A program made the translations under genes and the position numbers. A model generated the notes under the pieces. It was not told the DNA's origin. It saw only the letters and a program-made list of their open reading frames with translations, and ran no database searches. Below, piece by piece: positions 51,777 to 64,000 of a stretch of DNA of 64,000 bases. How positions within the stretch are numbered: position 1 is the stretch's first letter; every line of letters starts with the position of its first letter. Source of the DNA: Podarcis liolepis (lineage: Eukaryota); the NCBI GenBank assembly GCA_965112155.1, contig OZ218099.1. The stretch is one strand, 5' to 3'.

Positions 51777-51950
51777 GGTACCTCCGGTTGCGGATGGGAT
51801 CCGTTCCGGAGCTCCGGCCGGATCCCGAGGTTTCCACAACTGGAGGGACCGCTTCTGCGCATGCACAAGCGGCAAAACACTTCCGGGTTTGCGGCTTTCG
51901 CAACCCAATGTTTATGTTACCCGAGGGTAACGTAAGCTGAGGTGCTACTG
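51773..51950. mobile_element. Tc1/mariner (Tigger-like) MITE
   Basis: Ends CAGTGGTACCTC / GAGGTGCTACTG followed by TA; CpG-rich body. Confidence 0.8.
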
Positions 51951-54900
51951 TATACTGTATATATATATCGCTATATAAAAAGTACCGAAGTGGTTTACAA
52001 CAATATCTATATACAGTACAAACCACATACATATTTCAAATCAGAGGCCATCAACAAACTTTGATGGTTACTTTATACAGCAATATAATGCTTTGCTCAC
52101 AGAGCACTCTTTTCAACATCATGCTGCTTTAAAAGCTAAACTTTAATCTGTAATTAATTCTAACAAAAGAATACAACATGTTGCATAATTCAGTTTATAT
52201 TTTTGTCTGGGGAGGGAAAGGGATGCTACAAACACATATTAAAAAGGTGATTCGGTGAGCTCCAGCCACAAACATTCATGGGTAATTATAAATACCAGCA
52301 TGGACACAAATATCCCTTTCCTATTACTCCCATGAAACATCCTTTTGGCTGAGGCCTATAGAATAACACAGAGGGAGAAGCTAGCTGCCACTCAAAGCAA
52401 AGTGGAGGGGGGGGCCCCACATACTTTCCTACACTACCTGCCTCAAGTGGGAGGCCCCTCATCTACTTAGTGCCATCTGTAGGGATGAAGCAGTGCCCTA
52501 GGAACAACTAAGCCAAACGTATATGGCCTATAGAGGATCAGCTCAAGGGCTGGGGAAATGAGAGAGGCACTTGATTTTGTATGGAGACATGCTTGTTCTG
52601 TAATAGAAACTCACTACTTTGGGTATGGCTCCCTCCATAGCTCAGTGGAAACTAGCTGTAGCCTGCCTTACCTATGTAGCAGCTCTTAGCTGCTATGCTG
52701 AGTTGTTCACAAATAAGTTCAGCTTCCGAAGCTCTCCTGACACTCCTGCTGCTTCCTGGTATTAGGACAAACCTGTTGCAAGGTTTCTTCCCAAACCCAC
52801 AGGATGCCACAGATTTGCCCAGCAACTTCAGTGTCCTAACTCCTTCCCGTAAACAAATGAGATATACCCTGAAGACTCTGGTGCTAATAATGCACACCTC
52901 CAATCACTCTGTAAATTGCTGTCAGCTGAATCCAATTTCTGATTACAGCTTGGGTGTTGATTAATACACAGTTAGGCAAATTACCTACACCCAGAATGGA
53001 AAAGTGAAGAAGAAATTTAGCTTTGCTTACAGAAATAGCAGTACATAGAATGCTTAAATGCAGGATACTTTGAGTTCCCCACTATGCGCAAATCAGTGGA
53101 GCTGTCTCATGTCCCTGGCACAGTTTGCCCAGAAACAATGCTGTGTTTTATAAAGCAAAAAGACAGAAACCGGACGAAAAAATATTTCCCTGTTTTTCAC
53201 TGTTAGAGATTGAGGAACAGCTGGCCACAGATTATGGGCTACTTTCTTAATAGTGTCTGTGGGGGGGGGGGGGGACACCTCAACTTAAAAAAATAAACCA
53301 GAAGGAGGTCTCGACCAAAACACAACCATAAATACATGAAATTCCAGCATAACTAGGGAAGACCATGAAATATTTGGGGTAGTTGTTAAATCTTCACGTA
53401 TGGGTTAATTAGTTTAATGATGAGAATATAGCCAATATATTTTGAAAATGAGAGAAAGATATATATATATATACACCATACATGTAAATGTGTCTACTCC
53501 AGATTGTGTGTTATAAACACATGCAAAGAAGCCTCAGCATAGATGAAAGGAGGGCTGGAAGGGCTCTGTTTGTTTACACTAAATTAAAGATAAGTTACTG
53601 CATTGTCCCGTCAAGTGCAGCCTGATATCCAATATCAGTAAACTGGCACTAGCTGGTGTTTGCAGACCGGGGGAGGTGGGGGGGGGGAGAGAAGGGCTTT
53701 CTAAGCCTCTAATGGCCAGCTGTGACTTTGAATGTGCAGAAAGAACTGTCAGCACAAATAATGGCATCTCAAATCCAGACAACTGCTTGCCACCAAGAGG
53801 TGGTTTGTATTTGTGCCAAAATGGATTCTGAGAGGCCAGCAAAGAGGACTTTAATTCTACCAAAGAAAAATGAAATGCAGCCGGGGCTGGGGGGGAGAGA
53901 GAGAAGTTCGGGATCTTACATTTTGTGGATGAGCACTCGATGGCTCTCCTGTCAGCAGCTCATCGTTTAGCTCGCCAGCTATGAAGGGCATGGACATTAA
54001 ATCCCTCTTGCCCTAAGCTGGCCCTGCCGCGTGGAATGCTGGCAGAATCCTGAGCTCGGTCTCCTGCCTGCTGAAATGAAAAGCCTGGCCATCTGTTGGG
54101 AGGCAAAGATTTCCCTGTCAACTGATGCCTGCTCAGAGCTTCCAACAGGCCCTTATGTGGCAAAGTCTCTCAGAAGCCCTTATTCTTTGGGGAAAAGTTT
54201 GCTTTGCCCCAGAGGCTTGCTGGAGAATTCTTCGGAGTTTTCCAGAATGTAGGAGCCAAGCAGCTGACCAGTTTGGCCTGTCCTTCCCTAAAGGAATAGA
54301 TTACCAAGAAGGGGAGGTGGATGTAATAGTTAAAAATATCTTTACTCACAGTCAAGTGTGTGCTTTCAACAAGCTCCGCAAATGGAGGAAAAGATTGATC
54401 ATGTTAGCTAGTACAAGGCATGCATGAATGTTAGGGGCAAACGTGTTGGCTAATTGGCCAAGGAGGCTATTTGCAAAAAAATAAATTTAAAAAATGGATA
54501 CCATTTCATTTCATTTTGCAAAATTCCAGGCTTCTTCTGCTTTACAAAAAAAACCTACTGCAAGTAGTTTGACTAGAAAAGTGGTATTAAATAGAACAAG
54601 TGAAAAGCAACATCTCCAGCGTAGGCTGTATGTGTGGAAACAGACTAGATTTAGAGATAAGAGTGTGGACTGGAGAACAGGAATTGGTATAGTTCATAGA
54701 ACAGATGTGTCTGCTTATCTGTCTTTCCCTTGGCCAGTGCTATTTCTCTAGAAAAAGAGGTGCTGGAACACACCATGAACACCTCCCTCGCTCTCTTAGA
54801 AGGGCAATGGCGCCCACCTGAGAGGTGCCAGAACTGAGTTCTGGCTGAAAAAGGCCCCACCCTTTGCTAATTACAAATAGATAATTTTTTTACTTGTGTG

Positions 54901-56649
54901 GTAGAGGCTGGGGATAATCGTTAATAGCAATTGTGGCAGGGATGCCTGATGAATTTGTTCTCTGAAAATTCCCACTCCTCCAGGAACCCCTTTTCCCCAT
55001 CGCAGATCTACAATTCCCTGAGTTCCGTAGGAAGAGGGGTTGACAGTTAAACCACACTGTAGCTCTGTGAGAGGGAATGGGAGACACCTAACAACTCACA
55101 GCACACTTAACTACATTTCTCGGGATTCTTTGTGGGAAGCCATGAGTGCTTAAAGTGGTATGATACACTTTTCAATGTATAATGCAGATGGGGCCTAAAG
55201 TGTGGCTCAGAACTTGGTTTATCTATTGGCTTTCACACTTCCCATGTACTCTAATGTATTTTTTGGCTCAAAGACAACATAGCAGAATATGCTTTTATAT
55301 GCATATTAGGGGAGGAAAATACTTTACCTATTTAAATGTGAATTTTCTTGCACTTTTATTTTTACAAGCAGTTTGGGAAAAGGATAATTTTTTTAACATA
55401 AACTTGATTAAAATTATATTTAGGGGGCAAAGAAATGAGTTTTTGCATATGGGTTAGGTGCCTGTTTAATTTTAGAGCAATTCTGGAAAAGGCTTGCAAA
55501 TGGACCTGAACATCTCTGATTTATTCCTTTTTTTAAAAAAAATCCAAACAACAGAAACAGAGTTTTATCTCTCTTGTAACACATTTATTTTTGTTTGTTA
55601 TTGAATGGACAAATCATATCTTCAATGAAATTTTCAACTACAGGTGGATGCAGAATGTGAATCTTAGAATTGTAAACTAACACACTATTCTAAAGTGAAA
55701 ATTACATTGATGTATAACAGAATAAAGTAATTAGCAGGCGTGTGTATTGGGTCTGGACAGATTCCGAAACCTGAAATGAATCAGGCAGCTTCACAGAGAT
55801 CTGGGACTCTTCCAAGGTAAAACGGTGTTTTCCTGAGGAAAAGTGAATCAGGCTGCTCCTGAAACCCTGGAGCCACATCAGATTCAGACTGTTTGTCTCT
55901 TTAAAACTGTTATTCCCAGGCTCTCTATTTCCAATCAAGGATAACTTCACCAAGGCTTTCCTTTTTTATTTCCAATAAAGGTGCTTTGTGATGGATGCTG
56001 AAGGAGCCTTAATGTCAACTGAGCAGGAAGCAAACAAACAAAACCTCTCAAACTCTTTCATTCATCATAACTCCTTAGCTACTGTACCAATGCTTAAATG
56101 TTGCAGCTTTCTTATCTAGGGTACACTCTGTGACGTGTGTTGTTATACAAATTCCCTCCAAAGTCACGGTGGAGGATAAATGAACTCCACCCGCCCACCC
56201 AAAGAAAGCTGTTGTTCAAAGACTTCTGTCATTTTCCTTCTGATTTCCCCCCAAGATTATTTAACCAGAGACACCTCGATCATATATGCCATTTTCATAT
56301 AAATTCTACACACACCCAAACCATAGACAGGTAAATGGATCTCTCCTTAAAGAAAGTCCCATTGCACACAAAAACTTGCATATATCTATCTAGATTGTAG
56401 CAGTACTTATCTGCTAAAATTTGGCAGCATTCATCACCTGAGAAAGGTCTACCATGTCTACAAATTTCATCTTATTCTACCAAAAATATCAAAGTTAAAG
56501 GCAGTTTCCTTAAAAAAAAAAACACCTTAAAAAATGTAAAGGCTACTTGCATAATATCCATTTACCTGGGAATGAGACCCATTGATTGTAGTAGGACTTC
56601 TGAGTATATATGTTTAAATTCATTGTAAATGGGAGTTACAGTTGTAATA

Positions 56650-56878
56650 CAGTCGTACCTTGGATCCCGAACGCCCTGAAACTCGGACGTTTTGGCTCCT
56701 GAATGCCGCAAACCCGGAAGTGATTGTTCTGGTTTGCAAACATTTTTTTGGAACCCGAACATCTGAAGGGGCTTCTGCGGCTTCTGACTGGCTGCAGGAG
56801 CTATCTGCAGCCAATCAGAAGCCACAATTTGGTTTTTGAATGTTTTGGAAGTCAAACGGACTTCCGGAACGGATTCCG
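56650..56878. mobile_element. Truncated Tigger-like MITE
   Basis: TA followed by a CAGTCGTACCTTGG left end; shares ccgcaaacccggaagtg with the reverse complement of 51773-51950; no right TIR. Confidence 0.65.
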
Positions 56879-59508
56879 TAGTAAGATTAGTTTCTCTCAG
56901 TGACATTTTTTCAAAAGGCTAGCAAAGTATTTCTGTATCATGTGCAGAAGGAAGGAAGCCCAAACATTCTGCAACCTACTTCTAAACAAAGGCACCACAT
57001 CGCCAGCACTTTTGTCTTTAAAGATGCCTCTGTTTATGAGTAGGGTGCTCAGGGTATAGTGTTCCTTCCATTTCTTTAATCATACAAAATACTAACATGT
57101 AAACCACACACATCCAGGGGGTAAACAGCCACAGACAATGGTAATATTGAAATACAAAATTCCCTAGGCAGAAAAGTAACATGTAAATAAACAATGGGTA
57201 GCGATTCAGAATTGCCTCCTGGGATCAGGACTCAGAAAACAGGATGAACTGGGAGGAGCAGGACTTTGTCCACTTGTGAACTATGGTAGAAAACCAGCAG
57301 TTGTTTTCAGTGCTAGACTGAATATAATGTCCCCTAAACAAGTAGAAAGTGTATTTCCGTCACTAAACAGAGTTGTTATTATTAGGGTGAAGGCCTTCCA
57401 ATATGAAGGTGGTATTGCAGACTGGAAACTAGAAATTTTGCACTAGTGAGAAGAAACCAAACCAGTGGACCTTGAAAAGGTCTCAGTACTCTATCCAGGA
57501 ACTGGCCCCATCAAAGAGAAGGAAGCAGGGAATAGGTGAAGGCAGAAACTGGTCCTCCCATAAGCTTTGGCCCTCCCAGTCTGGGGTGCGATATGGTAGT
57601 GCTGTGTCCTACTCTGCTGAGAACCATTCCCTATTTTGAAAACTGTCTGGTCCAAGTCCAGTTCAGAATTAAATAACTATAAGGAAGAGGTGGGTCTTTG
57701 AAATTGCCTGTTATAATTAATACCTGGACAGAAGACTGAGCAGACTTGCAGATCACCTAGTTATAGTCTTGCCCAATGTGATGAGATCTATCACATTTTA
57801 AAGATATATACACCACACACACACACGTTCAAATTTCCATCTATTTATATGAATTAGCATATACAAATATTATGTAAATCTGTGTCCTTCCCCCACCCCC
57901 GGTGATACATTTTCCTCTTTTTTAGTGATGCAGAAGTGGCCACCCTAGGGGATACACCATTTGGTGTTATGCTTCAGACAGCAAAATGTCCTGAGCCAGC
58001 ACTGATCGTATCACAGATAATCAGTTTTGCTATACTCAGTCCTGGGAAGGATCCCATCAGAGTAAACCATTTCATCACAATCAGCTTCTCCTTGAAATGT
58101 GGCACAGCCCAGCCAGGTATGTGGAATGCTGGGAATTCAGAATGTGCTGGAGCCAAGGAATGGCTCTTGCTTCCTCCAACTTGGGCCACTGATAATGCCC
58201 TGGTCTTGTCACTGCTCTGATGCAGAACTCAAAGGGACTCAAAAATGAAGCAGGATTTCATTTGCCACTGCCACAATCTTTGGGAGGAAAGGGGGATAGC
58301 CAGGAAGGCAAAACCTACATTCCTGGTACTGAAGAAAAGCATGTTTGTTCTAATACATTGGAGAAACTGTTTGAGAACGGTTCATCCATGCAAATATATG
58401 ACAGCAGTAAGGCTGCCAGAGTCAGTGAAACATGTGGTGATTCCACAGTACAAGTGTCAACTGCATACTTAAACCTGTCTAGAATAAAAGGGAAGCTGCA
58501 AGCTACCTATTTCAAGTTTTATGAACATGTTAGTGAAGAAAGCGAGTCTGGATTCCGAGGAATTCTCTCGCAGAGGGTATGTGCCTGCAACACTGGCTGC
58601 TTTGCATCTTTCTCACCCTAAAGGACTTCTGACTCTTTAAGGCCAGAAGAAGAAGAAAACAGCTTTGTGTATAACAACAGGGGTGTGCTGTGTTTTCAGG
58701 CAGAAAGCTGCATCTTACATTCCAGTTATGGGTTCAAACAGCCAAGATGGATGCTTCAAAGAGCACAGTGGCCAATGGGGAGCAGAAAGTAGGGAGGAAA
58801 TCTCAGACAAAAGCAGCATGCAGTAAGCAACCATTCCCACAATTACTACTTGCAAGGGTGTCCTATGGCACATTCACTCTTTTCTAAGTTACGGGGGGGG
58901 GGGGAGCAGGAATTCACAACAGCATATGAATGCCATCCGTGTAACAACACAGTAGTATTGTCACTAGATCAACAGCATACGTAAGGTATCGTAACAAAAA
59001 GAACTAGGGACAATAACTTGATTCTGGGTAAATAAATGATCTGTTAGTTAGAGCTCTTAATGATAACTTCCATAAAAAGAGAATATGAACACAGTCTGGC
59101 CTGGGCTACAAAGCCTGAAACACCAATAGAGACAGAAGTGACAGAAGCACCGGGTTAGAAACTGCACCATCTCTCCCCACCCCCTGCCGTCAGCAGTGTC
59201 AGTGACTCAAAGAGAAAACTCTCTGCCATTGAGCCAATGAATGGCTTGGACTTTTTCCTGACCTAACCCAGAAGCTGTAATGGGTAGCTGCATACCTCTC
59301 AACAGTCCCACGTTAATCGGGATGTCCTGGAATTACAGAAGCCCTCCTGGCTTCCAGTTGGACCCTGGGATGTCCCAAAAGATGTGCATCCCTCTTTCCC
59401 CCTGCAGCATATTGGGGGGCATGCTGCTGGAGATAGACATCCCATGAAGTAGTCCCATAGGCATGAAATTTGCTCGTGGCACACCAAAGTTTTTATTGAT
59501 AAGAAATA

Positions 59509-59924
59509 CAGTGGTGCCCCGCAAGACAAATGCCTCGCAAGACAAAAAACTCGCTAGACGAAAGGTTTTTCCGTTCGCGATTTGCCTCGCAAGACGAATT
59601 TCCCCTATGGGCTTGCTTCGCAAGACGAAAACGTCTCGCGACTTTTTTTTCTTTGACTAAAAACAAAGACATGTTTTGTTTATAAAGTTAATTTATTTTC
59701 CCTTAAATTTTTGAACTGCTCTTTACAGTATGTGTGACTTTAAAGAGCAGTTAATAAACTGTTGTTGTACCAAATTTGGCTTTGTTTGGACTTTTTTTGA
59801 CCATAGGAACGCATTAATTGATTTTCAATGCATTCCTATGGGATTTCGTGATTCGCAAGACGAAAAATTCGCTAGACAACAAAAATTGCGGAACGAATTA
59901 ATTTCGTCTTGCGGGGCACCACTG
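59509..59924. mobile_element. Tc1/mariner (Tigger-like) MITE, 416 bp
   Basis: Perfect 19-bp TIR CAGTGGTGCCCCGCAAGAC, TA TSD, several internal CGCAAGACGAA-like repeats. Confidence 0.92.
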
Positions 59925-62900
59925 TACATTGGAAAACAAAAAAGAAACATCTCCTAGCAATGCTTGATTTCCATGCAATGTTTTTGGCATTAGAATGCCA
60001 GCCTGTATTTCCCCCTCCCCATTTAATCCAGTTTTACTCTTATTGGGGTGGTGGGGGGGAGATAGTTAAAAATGCCCTACTGACAATGATCCATTTGTGA
60101 CATCACAGTGACACATTTCCAAATTCAGCTGCTGTCTGAAAGCTCCCTGGGTTGGGAGCAGGGGGCACTGCTGTGCAGCACTTTTCCACCATGAGATCTA
60201 AGAAGGTGGTTCTGTGAGATTGCTCTCCTTGCCTCTGGAAGATCTCTTGGGGATTCTGTGGGAATCTACCCTGTCTCCATTGCATGAAACTGCTGGAAGC
60301 ATAATCCAAAATCTGAGCAAATTCTCATCACCCAGCCCTCTTTCTTGTTTCATCCGAACTAGGCCTAGCTGTTTCATTCAATAATGATTGCTCCCCTGGT
60401 GCTAAGACAATGCTTCAGCTATTTTCCTTATTATTATATGGTTTGCTATGTGATTTTGATTTTTACTTTCTAATACTGTTCTCCATTTACAGGACTCCTG
60501 AGTATGAATTGAATATTGGATTTTAAACCAAGAAAAAAAAGAATGGTGAGGACATTATGGTGTTTTCCACTGATGCAGTGTATCCTGGCCATCAGATGTA
60601 GTGCTGAATTATTCAAGCTGAAGGCATCCAATGCATCTTTTTCATGTAGACTATGCATGTGTTTTATGTTCATTGATCATTGGTTAAAGTAATTTAGATC
60701 AATGCCCATTCTGAAAATAAATTCTACCAAGTACTCAAGAAATATAGTTGAAAACACAGCAACTTGAAATTAAAACTACCTTTCATTTCCTCGTAAGCCC
60801 TCCCAGTATTACAACTATTTTATATTGGAACATTTTGCATACAAGTGTGGGGTTATGTGATGGCCACTGGTTATCAAAGATCTACAGAAGGCTTACATAT
60901 ATTTATCAGCATGAAATTGAACATGAAAATCAAATACAGAAACAGGAAAAGCCACTTTTTTACCCACAGGTTCACAGCTGGCTTGTGCATGTCTCTTAAA
61001 TCAATAATCAGCATTAGCTATCCTTTGCGACACACTCACAACAGGAAAATAATTCTTCAGAGCATAAGTTACGCATCACAATGCCTACAAATTGCTTGTT
61101 GACTTTAGCAGAAGCAATTAGAGCTATCTCTGTCTTACAGCCCAATCCTATGCATGTTTAGTGAGGTCAGTGAGATTTGGGCCTGGTTCAGACATAAAAA
61201 TCTCAACTGTGGTTATTCACCCAAGAATAGAACTTTCCCTCTGGTCCTCAGTGGACCCAGCTTGTTTAAGCCAGTTTCACATTACCTCTGGACAAGAAAA
61301 CTGTACTGGAATTTCAGTTTCCTAATCAGGAAGTGAAAGCAGGTTGCTAAGGAGGCATTAAATCACGGTTTCCCAGTTCTGATATAATTGGAAACTGTGG
61401 TTTAAACAAGACACGATCTCAGTGCTAACACCTGGCCTTGGATAATAGGAGAACGAGAAACAGAACAGACTAGGTTATTTTTATGAACTTTCTAACAAAG
61501 ACTATGACTTGTTACAGTGAATATAAACGATATTTGTTTCAGTGCTGGAAACGGTTGGAAAGAACCCACCTAATCACTGAAGCAGAAGCTACTCTTGCCC
61601 AGAGGCAGCCTTCAACTACTCACAGCTTGTTTCACCAAAGTTTTCAAGTTGCTTTTCTATAGGCCTCATCGTGCTCTGTGCACTGGAGCACAGCACATCA
61701 ATTTTTTAAACTTCCAGCCACTCTTCTACCTTCTTCAGTTCCCTATTTTCAGAATTTACAACACTCCACAGAAATCCAGACCATTTCAGAGAATTACATC
61801 GTCATTCCCTTCCAAGCAGACAACATTCCCACAAAAATGCTTAGGTTTTTCAGAGGAATCTAAAGAGATCTCACACAACATGTTAATGTTGCGCACAAAG
61901 ATAGAGCATTACCACAGAAGACACAACAAAATAAGTAAGGTAAGATTTATGCCCTGCTTTCCCCTAATTTGATCTTGCTTCCCAGGGTCTCATTTTACAA
62001 TGATTCTCTCTCTCTCTCTGAAGGGCTAACTTTTTATTTCATGTGGCAGGCAGTGGGCTGGGACAGTAGAAAAGAAGGTAATTTTTCTTCCTCTTGCAGA
62101 GCAATTCCAGTAGCCCTGTGTGTGACTAGAAATTATTTTAAGGGGTAGAGTAGTGGAGGGAGAGACCTTTGGAACCGACTTTGGGGAGAAGCTGAGGGCT
62201 GTAGTGGGAAGGACTGGACAATTCTCTGAATCAGAGCCAAAATTGTGTGTTTTTTTAATGCTGCTACACACTCCCAGGGTTTAGCAACAGGGCAGGATGG
62301 ATCAATAAATAAACAATGGGTGGTATCCAATGCTAGTCATACTCAAGAGTAAGCTCACTGAAATCCATGAAGTTAAGTCAATTATGTTTAAAGGACAGAG
62401 TACTCTATGATTCGATTGACCATCACCCAAAATATTATGCAAAATATTGATTCATACACCGTACTTCTACAAATGGTAGCTTGTTCCCAGGCAGTCTTTT
62501 ACTGGCTAGTTTTTTTGGCAGGAATGAGCACCAAAAACACATACATGTTGAGCAGATGGGACACAATCAATAATAATAATAATAACAACTACTACATAGG
62601 AGAAAGGAATTTTGCATAACCAAGGGGTGTATCTACCAACACTATTCACTTTAAACAAGTCCTAATCCAGAGGACTGAGACCCAGAACTAAGTACAATGT
62701 AGATTCATTGTTTAGTTCTACAGTGACACAGGGAGGCAAGTTGACTATGTTATCCCCATACACATGAGCAGTGCAAGCATTCAAGCTGTGCTTTCCTCTT
62801 TCTTCATGGTTCATAGTCACTGTCTGCTATGTAGCAGCCAAGGAAGTATTGCTTTAGCAGAGATGGTGACAGGCCTCTCCAGAATTAGAGTACTTTATTA

Positions 62901-63592
62901 TCACATTAGTATGGGGGAAAGACACATAATTAACGGAATTTATCCTCATTTATTCAGTAAAAGCACTAATATTCAATCAATCTGCCTCTGTTTAATTACT
63001 TTCCCTTACACTATTTTTTTTTTCTTCCTTGACCCCTCAAGTAGTAGAGTACAGAAATGTGTGAAGTCTTCTTCTTTTTTAATTCCACTTAGGATGCTAG
63101 ACACTATTCATCGAAATAAGCGTTAAAAAACGGAACTGGGGTCTGTCACAGTTCACAAGCTGCCACAGAGTTAGCAGCCATGCCAGTATTATACTTTTGC
63201 TAGAAGAAATGCTATTAAGTGATGGCATTTAACAGAATTACCGTTAATTGTAATATGACACTATTGTCCAAGCGCCTGTTATGGGGGGGGGGGGAGAGAC
63301 TATTGTTCAAGTGGCATGAGTTCCTAACAGGAAAACTATGCACATGTCTACTTAATGGGACTTAATCCCAAGTAACTGTGTATAGGATTTTATCCTAGGA
63401 ACATTGGGATCAATTAACACTGGCTTTAAACTCGCAGCAGAATTAGGTGAGTATGGGGGGGGGGGGTCAGGTACTAGAATGGACTGCTCAACTTCTATGT
63501 TTTTGTTGTTTATTTAAAGTCCCTGGAAAAAACAAAGCTTGCATTGGAGGCAAAGGGGAAGGATTTCCACCTGAAGTGCTAGTTCTCTAGTT

Positions 63593-64000
63593 CAGTGTTT
63601 CCCAACCGGTGTTCCGCGGCACACTACTGTGCCGTGAGACATTGGCTGGTGTGCCGTGGGAGGGAGGCGGGTGAGAGGCGGCGGCGGCGAGGATCCGCGT
63701 CGAGCCGGGGACGGCTCCGCGGTGGTGGTGCCGAGCGGCGGGACAGCGCGTGCAAAAGGGAGGAGCGCGAGACAGCGGAGGAGGAGGAGGCCGGCATGTC
63801 CGGGCAGCAGCAGCAACAACAGCAGCAGCAACTCCCGGCGACGGCTCCTCAAGCCCCGCCGCCGCCCCCTCCTCCGCTCGCTATCGCCGCCACCACCACA
63901 ACAGCCGCCGCCGCCTCAGTTGCCGCCGTCCCTCAGTCCCTCGCTCTGCTGCCTCCTCCCACCCCCAAAGCTTGGAGGTTCCCCGGCAAGGGGGAGGGAA
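63593..64000 (+). mobile_element. Left end of a young CpG-rich hAT-like element carrying gene-like cargo; runs off the window
   Basis: Abrupt switch from AT-rich to very GC/CpG-rich sequence at CAGTGTTTCCCAACC, preceded by CTCTAGTT (hAT-Charlie-like target); subterminal GCGGCACAC..GTGCCG motifs. Confidence 0.7.

Noticed and set aside
51659-52032. ORFs with poly-C/V/L/Q and HT repeats (also at 13379-13628 and 24835-25116)
   Set aside because: Translations of microsatellites.
54946-54971. CTGATGA...GAAA spacing that resembles a hammerhead core
   Set aside because: No stem II closing pair and no stem I or stem III complementarity.

Overview
Vertebrate nuclear DNA, almost certainly a squamate and probably a lacertid lizard (inferred from Sauria SINEs, BovB/RTE, CR1, L2 and Tigger/hAT-type MITEs). 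The whole window lies inside the EBF1 (COE1/Olf-1) gene on the minus strand. It holds three coding exons: 49825-49906, 33451-33592 and 6135-6265, which match mammalian exons 7-9 (end of the DNA-binding domain, linker and start of the IPT/TIG domain). The rest is intron. The exon boundaries show an in-frame alternative donor (+/- GTPSYLEH) and a NAGNAG acceptor (+/- Ala). The introns carry many transposon relics, some nested, and several repeat-free, motif-dense blocks that look like conserved enhancers. The most notable signals are: (1) a near-complete type I hammerhead ribozyme fold at 27366-27410 and a decayed minimal hammerhead in a Penelope-like hairpin at 16126-16163; (2) a CpG-rich hAT-like element at the right edge that seems to have captured a host 5'UTR plus first coding exon (polyQ/polyP/polyA ORF from 63796); (3) a solo LTR inside a hAT MITE that sits in tandem with a second hAT MITE at one target site; (4) a Tc2/pogo-type non-autonomous element keeping only a transposase C-terminal tail; (5) a short bipartite 5'+3' RTE derivative. 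Almost all ORFs in the supplied track are spurious. No prokaryotic features and no CRISPR array were seen. Repeat family names come from pattern recognition, not from a database search.
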